The notes beneath the pieces were generated by a model. It was not told the DNA's origin, did not search any database, and saw only the letters and a program-made list of their open reading frames with translations. A program made the translations under genes and the position numbers. DNA of 64,000 nt, taken from the NCBI GenBank assembly GCA_013239625.1, contig MU054117.1, positions 2,292,011-2,356,010 on the forward strand, in the 5' to 3' direction. The DNA is from Lama guanicoe. Taxonomy: Eukaryota. Shown here in pieces: positions 24,489 to 36,620 of the stretch. Within the stretch, counting starts at the first letter, position 1. Each line of letters begins with the position of its first letter.

Positions 24489-27400
24489 ATTAGGCTGGTG
24501 TCAGCAAGTCTCAGGAGCCGATCCGAAAGGGCTCCTTCTGTCTAAAGAGGAGGCATTTTGTACATTAATAAAGGTAGTAATTGCAATGGATTGAAAAACA
24601 CCAATTACATTTAAGTCTCTGCGTTTGAGATTCTTAAAAAAAACAAGTGATTGTCATTGAAGGATATGAAACAATCTGTTATTTTGAAAAATGCTCAATA
24701 AAAGAACAAATCAAGCAATTATCCAACCTTTTCGATATAAGTTGTACCACTGGCTAGCAAAATAGTTTGTAAGAGGCAGAATCTCTCTATAGAAGTAGGC
24801 CAGGTAGTAAATGAAGAAGGAATGATACAGTAATATTTTTCAATCTGTAATTAATTGACAGCCACTAACATCACACACAAAGACAACCTCCCTCATCTAA
24901 CCAAGTTAATCAAGACTTCAGATCAAGCCACTAATTTACAGTAAATTCAGAGAACAGAGGAACACGAGGTACGTGGGAAACTTCAGGAGAACATAAGTAG
25001 CAAAACCCAGACTATGGAGAAACGACCTGGTTTCTTCAATAAATAAATTGCAAGGGAGGAAAAAAGGGATGAAAGGAGAAACCTGTGGATCAAAAACCGG
25101 TAAGAGACACACGTGTGGACCCTGGCACTGCACGTCCACGCTCGGTGCCCAGCTGCTCCCGTGTGGACGAGCAGGCTCCCCGCACCCGGAACGGCGTCAG
25201 CTTTTGGACGCCGGCTTCGGCGCACGGCCTCGCCTTCTCAGCTCGCACAGACCAGGCCTGAGCCAGCTCGGAGAACGCTGCCTGCCACGGCGCAGAGCAG
25301 GGCTGCGCAGCCTCCTCCACAGAGAGGGAGCGCCTCAGGCCCGGCGAGCCCCGCTCTCCGCCACAAGCTCGCAGCTGGATAAAGCGGGCACCCCCCGGAC
25401 GGACAGCGAGGCGCCGGCTGCGTTCTCACCGCACAGGCCGTGGCCTGTGGCCACAGGTCCCCAGCGGCTGGCCCGGAGCTTGTGGCCTCTCCCCAGGGCC
25501 CAAGTGGCCAATCCAGACACAGAACCAGCCCAGCTCCTTCCAGAAACCCAAGCATCCTCTGTGGAAGGCTAGCACGTGTCCTCCGGAAGTGCAGCCCTCC
25601 AGGCCTGAGGGGCCAGCTGCCACCTGAGGCCCGGTGGGCCTACTGGCTGCTGGCCCTGTGACAGGCCAGCCCATCAGGCCCCGCAGCGGCTCTCCACGCT
25701 CCCCACCCTCCAGGCCCCACGCTTCCCACACCCTTAGCCTCTGCTCTGTGTCCTCTCCCGGCAGAGATGCTCACCCTGCAGTCAGCTCGTGTGTCCGTGT
25801 CTCCTCTCCTGAGCTAGTCCTGGTCCCCCAACACTATTACGTTCCCCTGTTCTCCCTTCGTCACAGCACTGACCACTGTCTGAAAGCACCTAGTTCACTG
25901 TATGTCTTCCCCACTGACAAGCGTGTTCCGTGAGCTCAGGAAGCTTGTGGGTCTGGGTACCACTGTTCCCAGCCCAGAGCGCCTGTGCTCAGTGCACAAC
26001 CCTTAAACAAAGCGATGAATGAGGGAGTTTCCTCCCTGCTCTGCATCCCTGCCCCAGACCACCCCTCCGCCTAGACCCCTCCCAAACCCTCTGCAAGGCC
26101 TTTGGAAAAGCCTCCCCACTTCGCCCACTTCCCTCTGTCCTCAACCTTTCCTCGCGGGACCTTTCGTCTTCTTTCTTGGTGGAAACCTGGGGACGCGGCT
26201 TCTCCCGTGTGCTCTGCAGCAGAGGCTGCTTGTGCTCTCCGGTCCTGCACCCCTCAGGCTCAGGCGCTGCACCCAGCACCTCTGGTCCTGTTGAACCACC
26301 TTCTCCCCAGCCTCTGCCCCGGTGCTACCTACGCCCTCGCCAGGCAGATCCCCACCCACCCACCTGGGCCTAGATCAGACCCCGACTCCTTCGTACTCTA
26401 GCCTAGGTTATGTGCCTCTCTGGGGATGTTCTCATGGTACCCTGGCCTTCACTTACGAGAGCATTTTTCATATCGAATTCAACTATTAGTTTACTTCTCT
26501 GTCTTCTCCTCCAACCCTGTCCCCCTGCACCAGACCTAAGCCTTATGGGGAAGGGGATTTATCACTGTGCCTGCCGATAACAAGCTGTCAATACGTATGT
26601 ATTAAATGAGAGAATTCATAAGCTACTGCAACAGGGAGAGAGACTGAACACTGTGAGACCCAAGAAGCTGCTGTTATGGAACCAGTGGGGCATACAGTGG
26701 GGATGACTGGGGAAGCTGGATGTGGTTCCTCTTGTCTGTCCCAGGCTCAGCTCTCTCCTCCCCTGTCTGTTCTCCATTTCACCACATGCCACCAGCACCG
26801 AGAGAGACCTCCGCCCTCGTCCTACCCCATCTAATCAGAGACCAAAACCTGTCATATCAACTTCATGTCCAGCCTCTCCTTCCCATCCCCCTGCCACCAC
26901 CATAGTTCACACCACCATCATCTCTCAAGCTACCTGTTTCAAGCACACCATAACTGGCCCTCAGCCCCTGTACATCCCTCCTCTACACCGCTGGAAGAGC
27001 AGACTTTTTTTAAAAGTGCAAATCTGATTGCACTGTTCAAATTCAACTGCTGTGATGGCTGCCCAAGTCCTCCACGGTTCTAGTCCAGGCTTTTCTCTGC
27101 GCAGGAGCCAAGGACAGCCCTCCAGGGACCAGCTCCCGAGTCCTCCTGCCTCTCCCCAGCACCTTTGCTCAAGCTTGAGCTCGCGGTGGAGAGTCAGGCT
27201 CACCCTGGTCCCCCTGCTGGGATGCCCTTCCTGGCCGTATACACTGCAGGAAAAGCCGATTCTCTTTCAAGACTCCGTTCAGCATCTCCAGCAGAAAAGG
27301 AGGCTTCACCACCACAGCCAGTGCCCCATTTCTCCCCACCCCTCCTAGGGAGTCCACAGTGCCCTGAAGAGCCTTCTGCCTTGGCGCCTCACCCCCCTGT

Positions 27401-28379
27401 TCGGCACTTTCTGTTTCTGTGGCTGACTCACTTTTAGATCATCAGCCCCTCCAGAGTGGGGACCCGTATCTTAGCTTTGCACCCCAGCGCCCAGCGCAGA
27501 GCCCGCCCCTAGTGGACACTCAGTGACCTTTGAAAAAGGGGCGGAATCCTAGGTCGCGCTGAGGGTGCGCCTGCGTGATGGCGAAGAGGCTGCTGCCCTC
27601 TCCTGGCAGGGAGAGGAATTGTCCAACCCTCAGACACCTTCCCTCCCCCACCTTTGCCCAAAAAAGGGAGGTGGGGACAGGGAGGAAGGGGAGGCAGAAA
27701 AAAGAGATGATGGAGAGTAGGGGGACCACTGAGCTGTCTGGAAAGGCAAATTGGTCTGAGGCGTTGGTGGCACATCTCTGGGGTCTCCCACTGTCCCCAT
27801 GTCTGTGCAAACCAGGGTGCAGAACCCGGCAGTGCTTCAAAAGGAGGCCATACCCTCAGGTTGGGCTGCCTTCCTCCACTAAACTGTAAACTCTTTGGAG
27901 TAGATTTTACTGGCTTCTCGGTCATGTCAGTGTATTTTAGTCAGTGACCACTAATTATTTTCCTCCATTGTTATAAAACATGTGTTTGGTTCTTGGGTAT
28001 AAAAACACTGAATTTGACCACTAGTCTCTCCTGATTTTAATTTAGCTTCCTGCAGATAGGAAGTCGTCTGAGGTTCTGGGTTTCTCTGCTCTGTCCCGAA
28101 GTCCAAATGCCAGCTCGGACCCCCTGCCCCCACCCCCTCCGCGGTTTCAGCAAGTCCTGTGACATGGTGCGCCACCCCCCACCCTCACTCCCTAATCCCA
28201 GGGAGAAGCATGTCCTCAGCCCCTTGTGTAGCCGTGGGGCTTACTGTGCGAACTCTATTTTCTGCTCAGTTCTGTTGTGAACCTGAAACTGCTCTAAAAG
28301 AATAAAGTCTACTAAAATTTTTTTTAAACCATAAATAAATAAGTAAACCTAATTATCACCATCCCCCCCAAAAAAAGAA

Positions 28380-29910
28380 ATAGACAATAGGTCAATGGAA
28401 CAGAAAAGAGAAGCCAGAAATACACCCACATAAAAATAGTCAACTGATTTTTGGCAAAGACAATGCAGGAGAGCTAAGACAGTCATTTCAACAGATGGCG
28501 CTGGAACAACTGGGCATTCACGTGCAAAAAATGAATCTAGACACAGACTTTACACCCTTCACAAAAATGAACTTAAAATGGATCCCACGCCTAAGTGTAA
28601 AAAGCAAAACTATAGCAGATAGTTTAGCAGATAACATAGGAGAAAACCTAGGTGATCTTTGGTTTGGCCATGACTTTTAGATGCAACACCAAAGGCATGA
28701 TCTATGAAAGAAAGAATTGGTAAGCTAGACATTAAAATTTAAAATGTCTGCTCTGCAAAAGACACTGTCAAGAGAATGGGAAGACAAACCACAGACTGCA
28801 AGAAAATATCTGCAAAAGACATACCTGATAAAGGGCTGTTATCAAAAATATACAAAGAATGCATGAGACTCACAGAAAAAAAATCTGATTAAAAAATAGG
28901 ACAAAGGCCTTGATACCGCACCAAAGATTTACAGATAACAAATAAGCATATGAAAAGATGTTCCACATCATATGTCATCAGGGAGAAACAAATGAAAACA
29001 ATGAGACACCACTACACAACTATTAGAATAGCCAACATCCAGAACACTGACAACAGCAAATGCTGATGAAGATGTGGAGCCACAGGAGAGAGATTTTTCT
29101 ATTTGTTGCTGGTGGGGATGCAAAACAAACACTTTGCATGACAGTTTGCCAGTTTCTTTCAAAACTAAACATATGCTTATCTTACAATCCAGCAATCAAG
29201 CTCCTTAATACTTACCCAAAGGAGCTGACAACTATGTCCACACAAAATCCTGCACATGGATGTTTAAAACAGCTTTATTCATAACTGCCAAACATGGAAA
29301 CAACCAAGATGTCCTTCAGTAGATAAATGTATACACTGTGGTCCATCCAGACAATGGAATATTACTCAGCACTAAAAAAAGACCTATCAAGCCATGAAAA
29401 GACATGGAGGAAACTTGAATGCATATTATTCAGTGAAAGAAGCCAGTCTGAAAAGGCTACATACTATGTGATTCCAACTATACAACAACTGGAAAAGACA
29501 AAACTATAGAGACAAAAACTGGAAATAACCCCAACATCACCAACAATAGAATGGATAAGCAAGCTGTGGTACAAGCACACAGTGGAAAAGTACACAACAA
29601 GGAAAGGAATTGGACTACTCCTGCATGCAAGAAAACAGATGGATTTCACAGACATCATGTGGAATGAAAGAAGCCAGGCAAAAAAGTGTATACAGTATGA
29701 TTCTGTTTGAATGCTGTTCAAAAGCAGACAAAAACTAACGGATTGCCAGAGGTCAGAACAGTGGTTACCCTTGGGGGTGGTAAGGCCTGGGAGGGGATAT
29801 GCGGGAGCGCGTTGGGGTGCGGCAATGTTCTGTATCTTGGTCTGGTAGTTAGAAGGTACACACAAACTTACAGCTTGATCGAACTATACATCTACTTCTG
29901 TCTTTTAAAA
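28380..29910 (+). mobile_element. Old L1 ORF2 3' part and 3'UTR
   Basis: Degenerate ORF2 motifs (KMNLDTDFTPFTKMNLKWI; MEYYSALKK...HEKTWRKL). Confidence 0.85.
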
Positions 29911-30329
29911 AAGTGAACAGATACTATATTATCATCCATTTTCAAGACCTTTCTCAGCTCTGGGTCTCTGTGAGGCTTTCCCGGAACACTTTCCCCTCCA
30001 TACACCCCTCCATCCTGCACCTTGAAGCCGCACCACGCGGTCAGCCTTACGTTTGCTCTAACTTCTCTGTATAAGCACCAGAAGGATCTGCGACAGAATC
30101 ACAGATGACGTGCACCCCACAGTCCCTTGTGCCGACCCAGGAATCTAGTAGGTGCTCAATAAATATCTCTTTTTTTTAGTTAAAAATGAACTCGATATGT
30201 TTAATAAATCTTGGTCTTACCGAAATCGCCGTAAAAAAAAACTGAGTTCCCGCCCACACGACCGAATTCCAGGGGACAGAGGAGGCGAGGAATGTAGAGA
30301 CCAAGAACAGTCCGTATAAAAGCTTCAGA

Positions 30330-31260
30330 AGAGCCGCCCGGTGATGTTACCACAATGACGCAGGTACCAACAGAAACCAAACTACTAAGACCTGGGCTGC
30401 AAAGCAGGCCCCGCAGCCGAGCACCGGGCGTGCGCCTGGCTCCGCGCCCCCGGCCCGGCCGGCGCTCGCGCTCGCTGGGGACGGACCCGGAAGGGGCTTT
30501 GCGCTTGGGGCGAGGAACCTGGTGTCCTGGTGTCCGGAGTCCTCCGGCGGACTAGGCGGAGGGGGCCTGGGGCGGGCCGCTGTCCTTCAGGAGTTCCTCC
30601 TCTTCCCGAGTCAGTATAGCCCCTGTCACGTGCCAGCCAGCGGCTCTGGGTCCCCAGAAGCCACCAGCGGGCACGGAGGCCGGGGCGCGCTCTAGGCCCC
30701 CGGAGAACCAGCCCTGAGCCCCCAAAGAAGCCCCAGGCGCAGGCTCTGCCCCAGCTGGTGAGACCGAGCTCCATCCCTCGGTCCCTCGGGCCCTCGGGCC
30801 CTCGGTCCCTCGGTCCCTCGGTCCCTCGGTCCCTCGGTCCCTCGGTGCAGGGCCGAGAGCCGCGCCTGCGGCTGCGTCCCTCGCGGCAGGAAGTCCCGGC
30901 AGCCGCGCCCACCGACCGGGCCTGAGCCGGGGGCTCCCGTCAGCGCGCAGTCGGACTTGCCACCCGCCTCAGCACCTGTCCTTGGAACAAATCGGCAGCC
31001 ACCGGCAGGGCTGTCACCAAGGGAAAGTGCAATACTGCCCCACAGCCCTTACTTCATCGCCCAGTGCAGGTGCGCTCCAGATGCTGCTTACCAGCGTTCG
31101 GCCCAAGGACCCCAAGGACGGAGGGCCGCCAGCAGCCAGGGCACGGCGGCCCATCCCTAAGTCCCTCAGGGGCGGCCGCCAACTCCGAGGCTCAAGACCT
31201 CCGGACCCACTTACTAAATTTATCTTTGCACCAAACGGCCGTTTGTAGGAAGGAACAGCG
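30330..31260. promoter_or_regulatory. Orphan CpG island
   Basis: Dense CpG/GC sequence with GC boxes, E-box tcacgtg (30626), ETS caggaagt (about 30887) and a CTCF-like ccaccagcgggcac (30661). No coding exon recognised. Confidence 0.7.
30775..30846. repeat. (CCCTCGGT)9 octamer tandem repeat
   Basis: Nine 8-bp units; units 2 and 3 read CCCTCGGG. Confidence 0.95.
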
Positions 31261-33250
31261 GCACACATCACTGGGTGCAAGTCTTGAGGACAGGGGTGTT
31301 CTCCGTGGGAAAGAAAGAGGATGATTGTGATGTCAAGTAATGGAAGCCCCTGGAAAACCCAGAGCCCCTTAAGAAAAAAAAAAAAGACACCTTTTCATCC
31401 TCCCTGAAGGTATATGAGGCTCTCTTTGGCCTACCCAGGAATCCCGGCGAGGATTCCCACCCCATCTAGGGCTCCCAGGAGCCCAGCAGGAAATGAAAGC
31501 TCAGGCAGTCAGCCCAAGGAAACGCCAGAGCAGCTCCCTGGGGGGCCCTGCTTGTGAAGGGAAGGGCTGCTTAACACTCCACCTGCAGGGCCCACGGGAA
31601 GGGGTGAACTCGGAGGTGCTCAGAAGACACATTTCGGTTAAATGCTGAAAGGATAACTATTAAAGTCAGTATTTGACTAAAGCTGACTATTTCTAACACA
31701 GAATGAACTGAGATACAAGGAATCTGAACTTTCACATGCAGGTTTTACTGTTATTACAACTGTTATTAAATATTAGCAGACCACTTACAGAAGTGTGACG
31801 TTACACCAAAGGAACGGTCATTTCTTCATTTCACAATGAGGGTGGCTGAGTCGGCCCCAGGGTCACTGCCGAGCACATTTATGACATTAAATACACATTT
31901 ACTCTCCCCTGAGGACAATGGAGGGCAAGATTTTATTTGTCCCAAAAGGCAATCCTCGCTCTAGTTATGCTAGTAAGATATGAGGAGAGCCTAGACAAAC
32001 ATGTGATCTTTGACCACACAGGGGTTTGGGGAGGCTGGAAATTACACTGAAATAGGCATCTGGCCACTGGACCCTCTGATGAACGAGACCAAAGCCTAAT
32101 TTCAGTGCATCCAGAAATACAGAAGGATGAAAATTGGCTAGTTTTGATCATTCCTAGGAACAAAATAAAAAGTGCATACATCTGAAGCAGAAATCCGATT
32201 TTATTTTTAAAAAGAAGGAAAAAAAACCCTTTCTTTCATCAGGAAAGCCACCAAATATCCCATCTTCCTACCCACAAGGAGATGAGATAATGGTGGAGAC
32301 CAAGACCAAGTCTTCACTTTCACGGGGCTCCCAGTCTTGTTGGGATGACAAAATGACAAAGCCACTACATCAGATTGTCAGGGTAACTAAGTGTTAAAGA
32401 GCAAAAAGCACAGATGTGACGTCACACCAGGAAGAAGCATCCACTGGAAATGATGGAGCAAAGCCTTGTCTGGACCAGTCAGTGCTCTCAACCTGAGGGC
32501 TGGAGACTTGGGGGTCCTCCAGGACTCCTACTCCTCATCACAGCAATCAACAGGCTGAATAAATAAAACATGGCACAATATAAAAAGAGAAAATAAAACA
32601 AGCAGAAAAATGGCACACATAACGCTTACCGCTCATCTACTTGCTACATGCCATGCACTGCCGTAAGTACTTCACACATAATAATTAATCATTTAATCCT
32701 GGAAGAAAACCCCAGCGAGAGGCATTATCAGAGGTGTAGAAAACTTGCCCAGCGACCCATGGCGTGTTCAGTGATGAAGCTGCAGGTCTCCATTACATGT
32801 AGACGCCACACAGAGGCCCAGTCTTTCGCACGTATGAAAATGGGCCTGTAATCTCTCAAAGAAATAAATAAATGTTTTATGAAATGTGTAGCAGCTGTTT
32901 TGGTCAATAGTACAGCTTATATTTTCTCAGTCAACAGACACTGAAAGTAGCAAGAAATTATGTAAGTGTCCTTCACATTTTTGGTATTACATTTCTGACA
33001 CTCATCATGTTGGTGATGTTCTAATTCTCAGGTTGGGTGGTATGTTCTCAAGGTTAATTATGTTGGTATGTCATATAACATACACATGCATGTATACACA
33101 CACACACACACACACCACCACACTCATCTCACATTTCCTTGAACGATTCAACTATTACTTTTTTTTTTTTTAACATTTAAGAGCATTGGCAGTCTGAGAA
33201 GGTCAAAACAGCACTTTAAAAACAAGTGATTTTCAAAGAAGGGGTCTTTG

Positions 33251-33351
33251 GTTGGGGAGGGTAAATGCTCAGTGGTAGAGCACCTATTTAGCATGCAGGA
33301 GGTCCTGGGTTCAATCCCCAGTCCCTCTACTGAAAAAAACCAAAAACACAC
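33251..33351 (+). mobile_element. tRNA(Ala)-derived SINE (Vic-1-like)
   Basis: Head ggggagggtaaatgctcagtggtagag...gggttcaatccccag; TSD ggggtctttg at 33241 and 33352. Confidence 0.9.
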
Positions 33352-35119
33352 GGGGTCTTTGTGCCTGAGGGATGAGCCTGGCATTAGAGAGATGTACCAG
33401 GTGAGTTCCCAAAGGCTCATTCTGGCAATAACAAAACTTCTAATCACACCAGGAGTTACCTACAGAGAAAGGTGGACTATGGGGGAGGGGCTCTCTTCCT
33501 CTAGCCAAAAGAGAAAATTTCAAAAGGATTTTGAACGCCTGAATGATATCACTGAAAAAAATTATGTTGTTACACATCTTTAACGGGGATATTAATTTCA
33601 CCGGGCTGGGACAGGGATGCGGCAGAGGAGGGAAAGAACAAAACATCTGTGCACTTTCTGCACTGTATGTGCAAGTTTCACAATCCGACAAATATAATGT
33701 AAATAACCAGAAAAAACTCTAGAAATAAGGTCCTGCCCTGGAATCCAAGAACCCAATGCCTACTGCCCCCTCCCCTCTCCAAGCCCCTCAACCACCCATT
33801 GACTGAATGGGCCCAGAACCTTCCTCCCTGCAACCTTTCCCTCTGGCTCCTCCCCTTTCCATCCCACAGTATCCTCTCCTTGCTTACAGAGCTCTGTGTT
33901 TTTAGCACTTTGTCCACATCTCACCTCACCGTCATCACACTAGAATAATGACTGTTATTTATCAACCACCCGTTGAAGGTGGGCGCTGGGCTAGACATCT
34001 GACATACACTCCCTCTTTTTAGCCATTACAGCCACCCTTATTGACAGCTGTTACGATCCCCATAACTTGCCCCAAATCAGTCAGTGCGAGGGCGACCCGA
34101 CTCTGCTTCCTCCGAAGCAGATGCTCCAGCTACTGTCATCATGTGTTTAAGCAACAGCAGGCACACCCTCACTGCTCCGCTGACGTGTGCGACAAACTAA
34201 GAGACAAAAATTAAAAGGATGCAGGAAAGCGTTACTCTAAAGGTGGACTTTCCTTTTCTCTCCCAACTTGCTCTGCCGGATAATACCCAATGGCCCTAGC
34301 CTCAAAAGAAACCAGCACACTCTTGAGAATGAACAGGTGCATAAGCAAGCAGCAAGATAACTGCCACCCCACAGGCCAGCACCTTAGCCACCACTCGTCT
34401 TGGGGAGTTTGGGAGGGCTTTGGCACTGTTACTTCTCACCCTGCTGAGGACAGTGTAGAAGAGACATAGTTTTAACCCCTAGTGAATCAACCCCCGCCCC
34501 CCACGCCCCGCCAGTCCTCTGAGGGTACGCCCAGTCATCCAATGAGAAGTGTCTTAGTCTTGGCTAAAAACGTTCGCTGTAAATTGCTGGAGGAAACGGT
34601 TCTATTTCTTCAGCATCTTCTTCCAGTCGAGTTCAGACAAGGAAGGACTGCCGTCAACTACCTAGCTATGGTATGGTATTGAAAGTTCATCTGTAACAGC
34701 CCTTTTAATTACCTACCTAAATGGGACACTTTACGTGGCATAGCATAGTGCTAAGCAAACAGCGAAGGCTCCAAAATTTTTTCCTTTGTGATATTACTGG
34801 AATACAAATTCATAGAACTATTTGATACTACGCATCAAGCACTATGCTAAACTGAGGTTAAGTACTAAGAAAAAACAAAGACTCTCCATACAAGAATCTT
34901 GTCAAAAGGTTATTGTTTGGATAACCGGGCGCTGCGGTGCATCGACCTACCGCGCAGATGCTATGCACGCCACAGAAGTCCGTAACACTTAGGAACCCAG
35001 TATTAAGAAAGTATTGCTTTCTATGGACTTTCAGTAAAATGTCATGACTTTTCTTGAGTTGAAACTCTTTTTAAGTATTAACCGAAACGGCAGTTTTATT
35101 ATTGTCGGGGAAGGTCCCT

Positions 35120-36620
35120 TTAATACGCGCCCCATTTGAGTCTTTACAGCTCAGCGAGTCATTTCTTGCAAACGGGCTGCTGGGCTCGCAGCATTTTGCA
35201 AGGCCGAAGGCGGCCCGCCTCCCCCGCCCTGGGGAAACCCCGCTGCCTCCCCGGCTCTGCGCGCTGGGGCAACGCTCTCCACCCGCTCTGCGTTACGGAC
35301 GCGCGCCCAGCGAGGCGGGGAGGCCGGCCGCCCGCGTCTCGGGCCGGGGAGACGCACGCGCGGCGCCCACGTCCGGCTGCGCGGCGTCGGATGCTGCGGA
35401 GGATCGAGAAAGATCTGGAAGAATCCGGTTAGACCGGGAACGGGGTAGGGGGAGGAGGCCGGGAGAGCGCGCAGCAGGGGCGGGGGGTGTCTGCGGAGTC
35501 CGAGGGTCCCAGGACAGGGGCGGGGCCAGGCGGCAGGCGGGAGGAACAAACCAGAAACCACCTTTCGCAGGAGCGCCCTGAGCGCCTGCACCCGAACCGG
35601 CTCGGCCGCCGCCGTCTCTAGAAAGTTCTCCCCCCACGTCCCTCGCGGCCGCCCGGCTCCTCCCAGCCCCTCCCTCCGCGGCGGTGGGACCAATCGCTCC
35701 CCTGGCCGCCCACGACCCACCTCCTCTGCCCGCGCGCGCCGGAGCAGAGGTGCGCGAGCCCCGGCCGGCCGCTCGCACAGCCGCGCATATCCCCGCGCCC
35801 GCTGCCCGAGAAACGGCGCGATGACCGCCGAAGAAACGAAGGCGGCCGAGAGCGGCGCGCAGTCGGCGCCGCTCCCCCTCGAGGGGGTGGACATCAGCCC
35901 CAAGCAGGATGAAGGCGTGCTTAAGGTAAGGGGCGAGGGGCGCCCTGGGGGTGCTGGAGAGCCGGTCGCCGCCGCTTCCCAGCCCCCGGCCGGGGCTCGG
36001 GATGCGGACGGCCGCCTCTGCAGCTTCCCGGCCGGCCGTTGAGTGGGTCGTGCAACCGCGGCCAGGCGCATCGCCTTCTTGGCTGGGCCGCTTGTTCCGA
36101 GCGGGAGGGCGGCCACACGTGCGGAAAGGGGAGGTCTGGGCTGTGGCCACCCAGCTCCTCTGTCCCCCAGCCCCCCAGGCCCGGGAAAGGCCCGGGAGCG
36201 CAGCGCCCGCTCCGGCTGCGGCGTGCGCGGGGAGGGGCGCGGCGGGAGGGCGGGCGCGCGAGCTGCAGGGAGCCCGGCGGCGTGCACCGCCCTCTCTGCG
36301 ACCCTGCGACCAGCTCCTTCCCTGCCGGCCGCAGCCGGGGAGCCCCCGGGCCGCCTGCGTCTCGGTGGTGCGGAGCTCGCCGACCCCGGCAGTTAAACAT
36401 TAGCCGGGACTTGAAGCGGGTCCCAGGAGTTATTTCTTGGCCCGCGGGCCTTTGTGCCACTTGGTGCGCGGGCCTGGCGCCCTCCGCCCTCTCGTCACCC
36501 CTTTCCTAAAGGCTGGGACCCGGCTAGGTCACCCGCTCGGCCATGCCGTCCCCCTCCCCCCGCCCCGGTGCATGCCGGGACCTGTAGTCTCTACCACCCC
36601 TCAACCCACCCTCGGCCTTC
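35120..36620 (+). promoter_or_regulatory. FKBP4 CpG-island promoter with heat-shock elements
   Basis: CpG island spans exon 1, with GC boxes, CCAAT (about 35690) and HSE-like arrays at 35408-35425 and 35615-35629. Confidence 0.85.

Noticed and set aside
11250..30846. Tandem repeats as CRISPR-like arrays
   Set aside because: No unique spacers, no cas genes, and the context is eukaryotic.
32075..32190. Possible C/D-box snoRNA (tgatga ... ctga)
   Set aside because: Imperfect C box, no terminal stem, no recognisable guide and no evident host intron.
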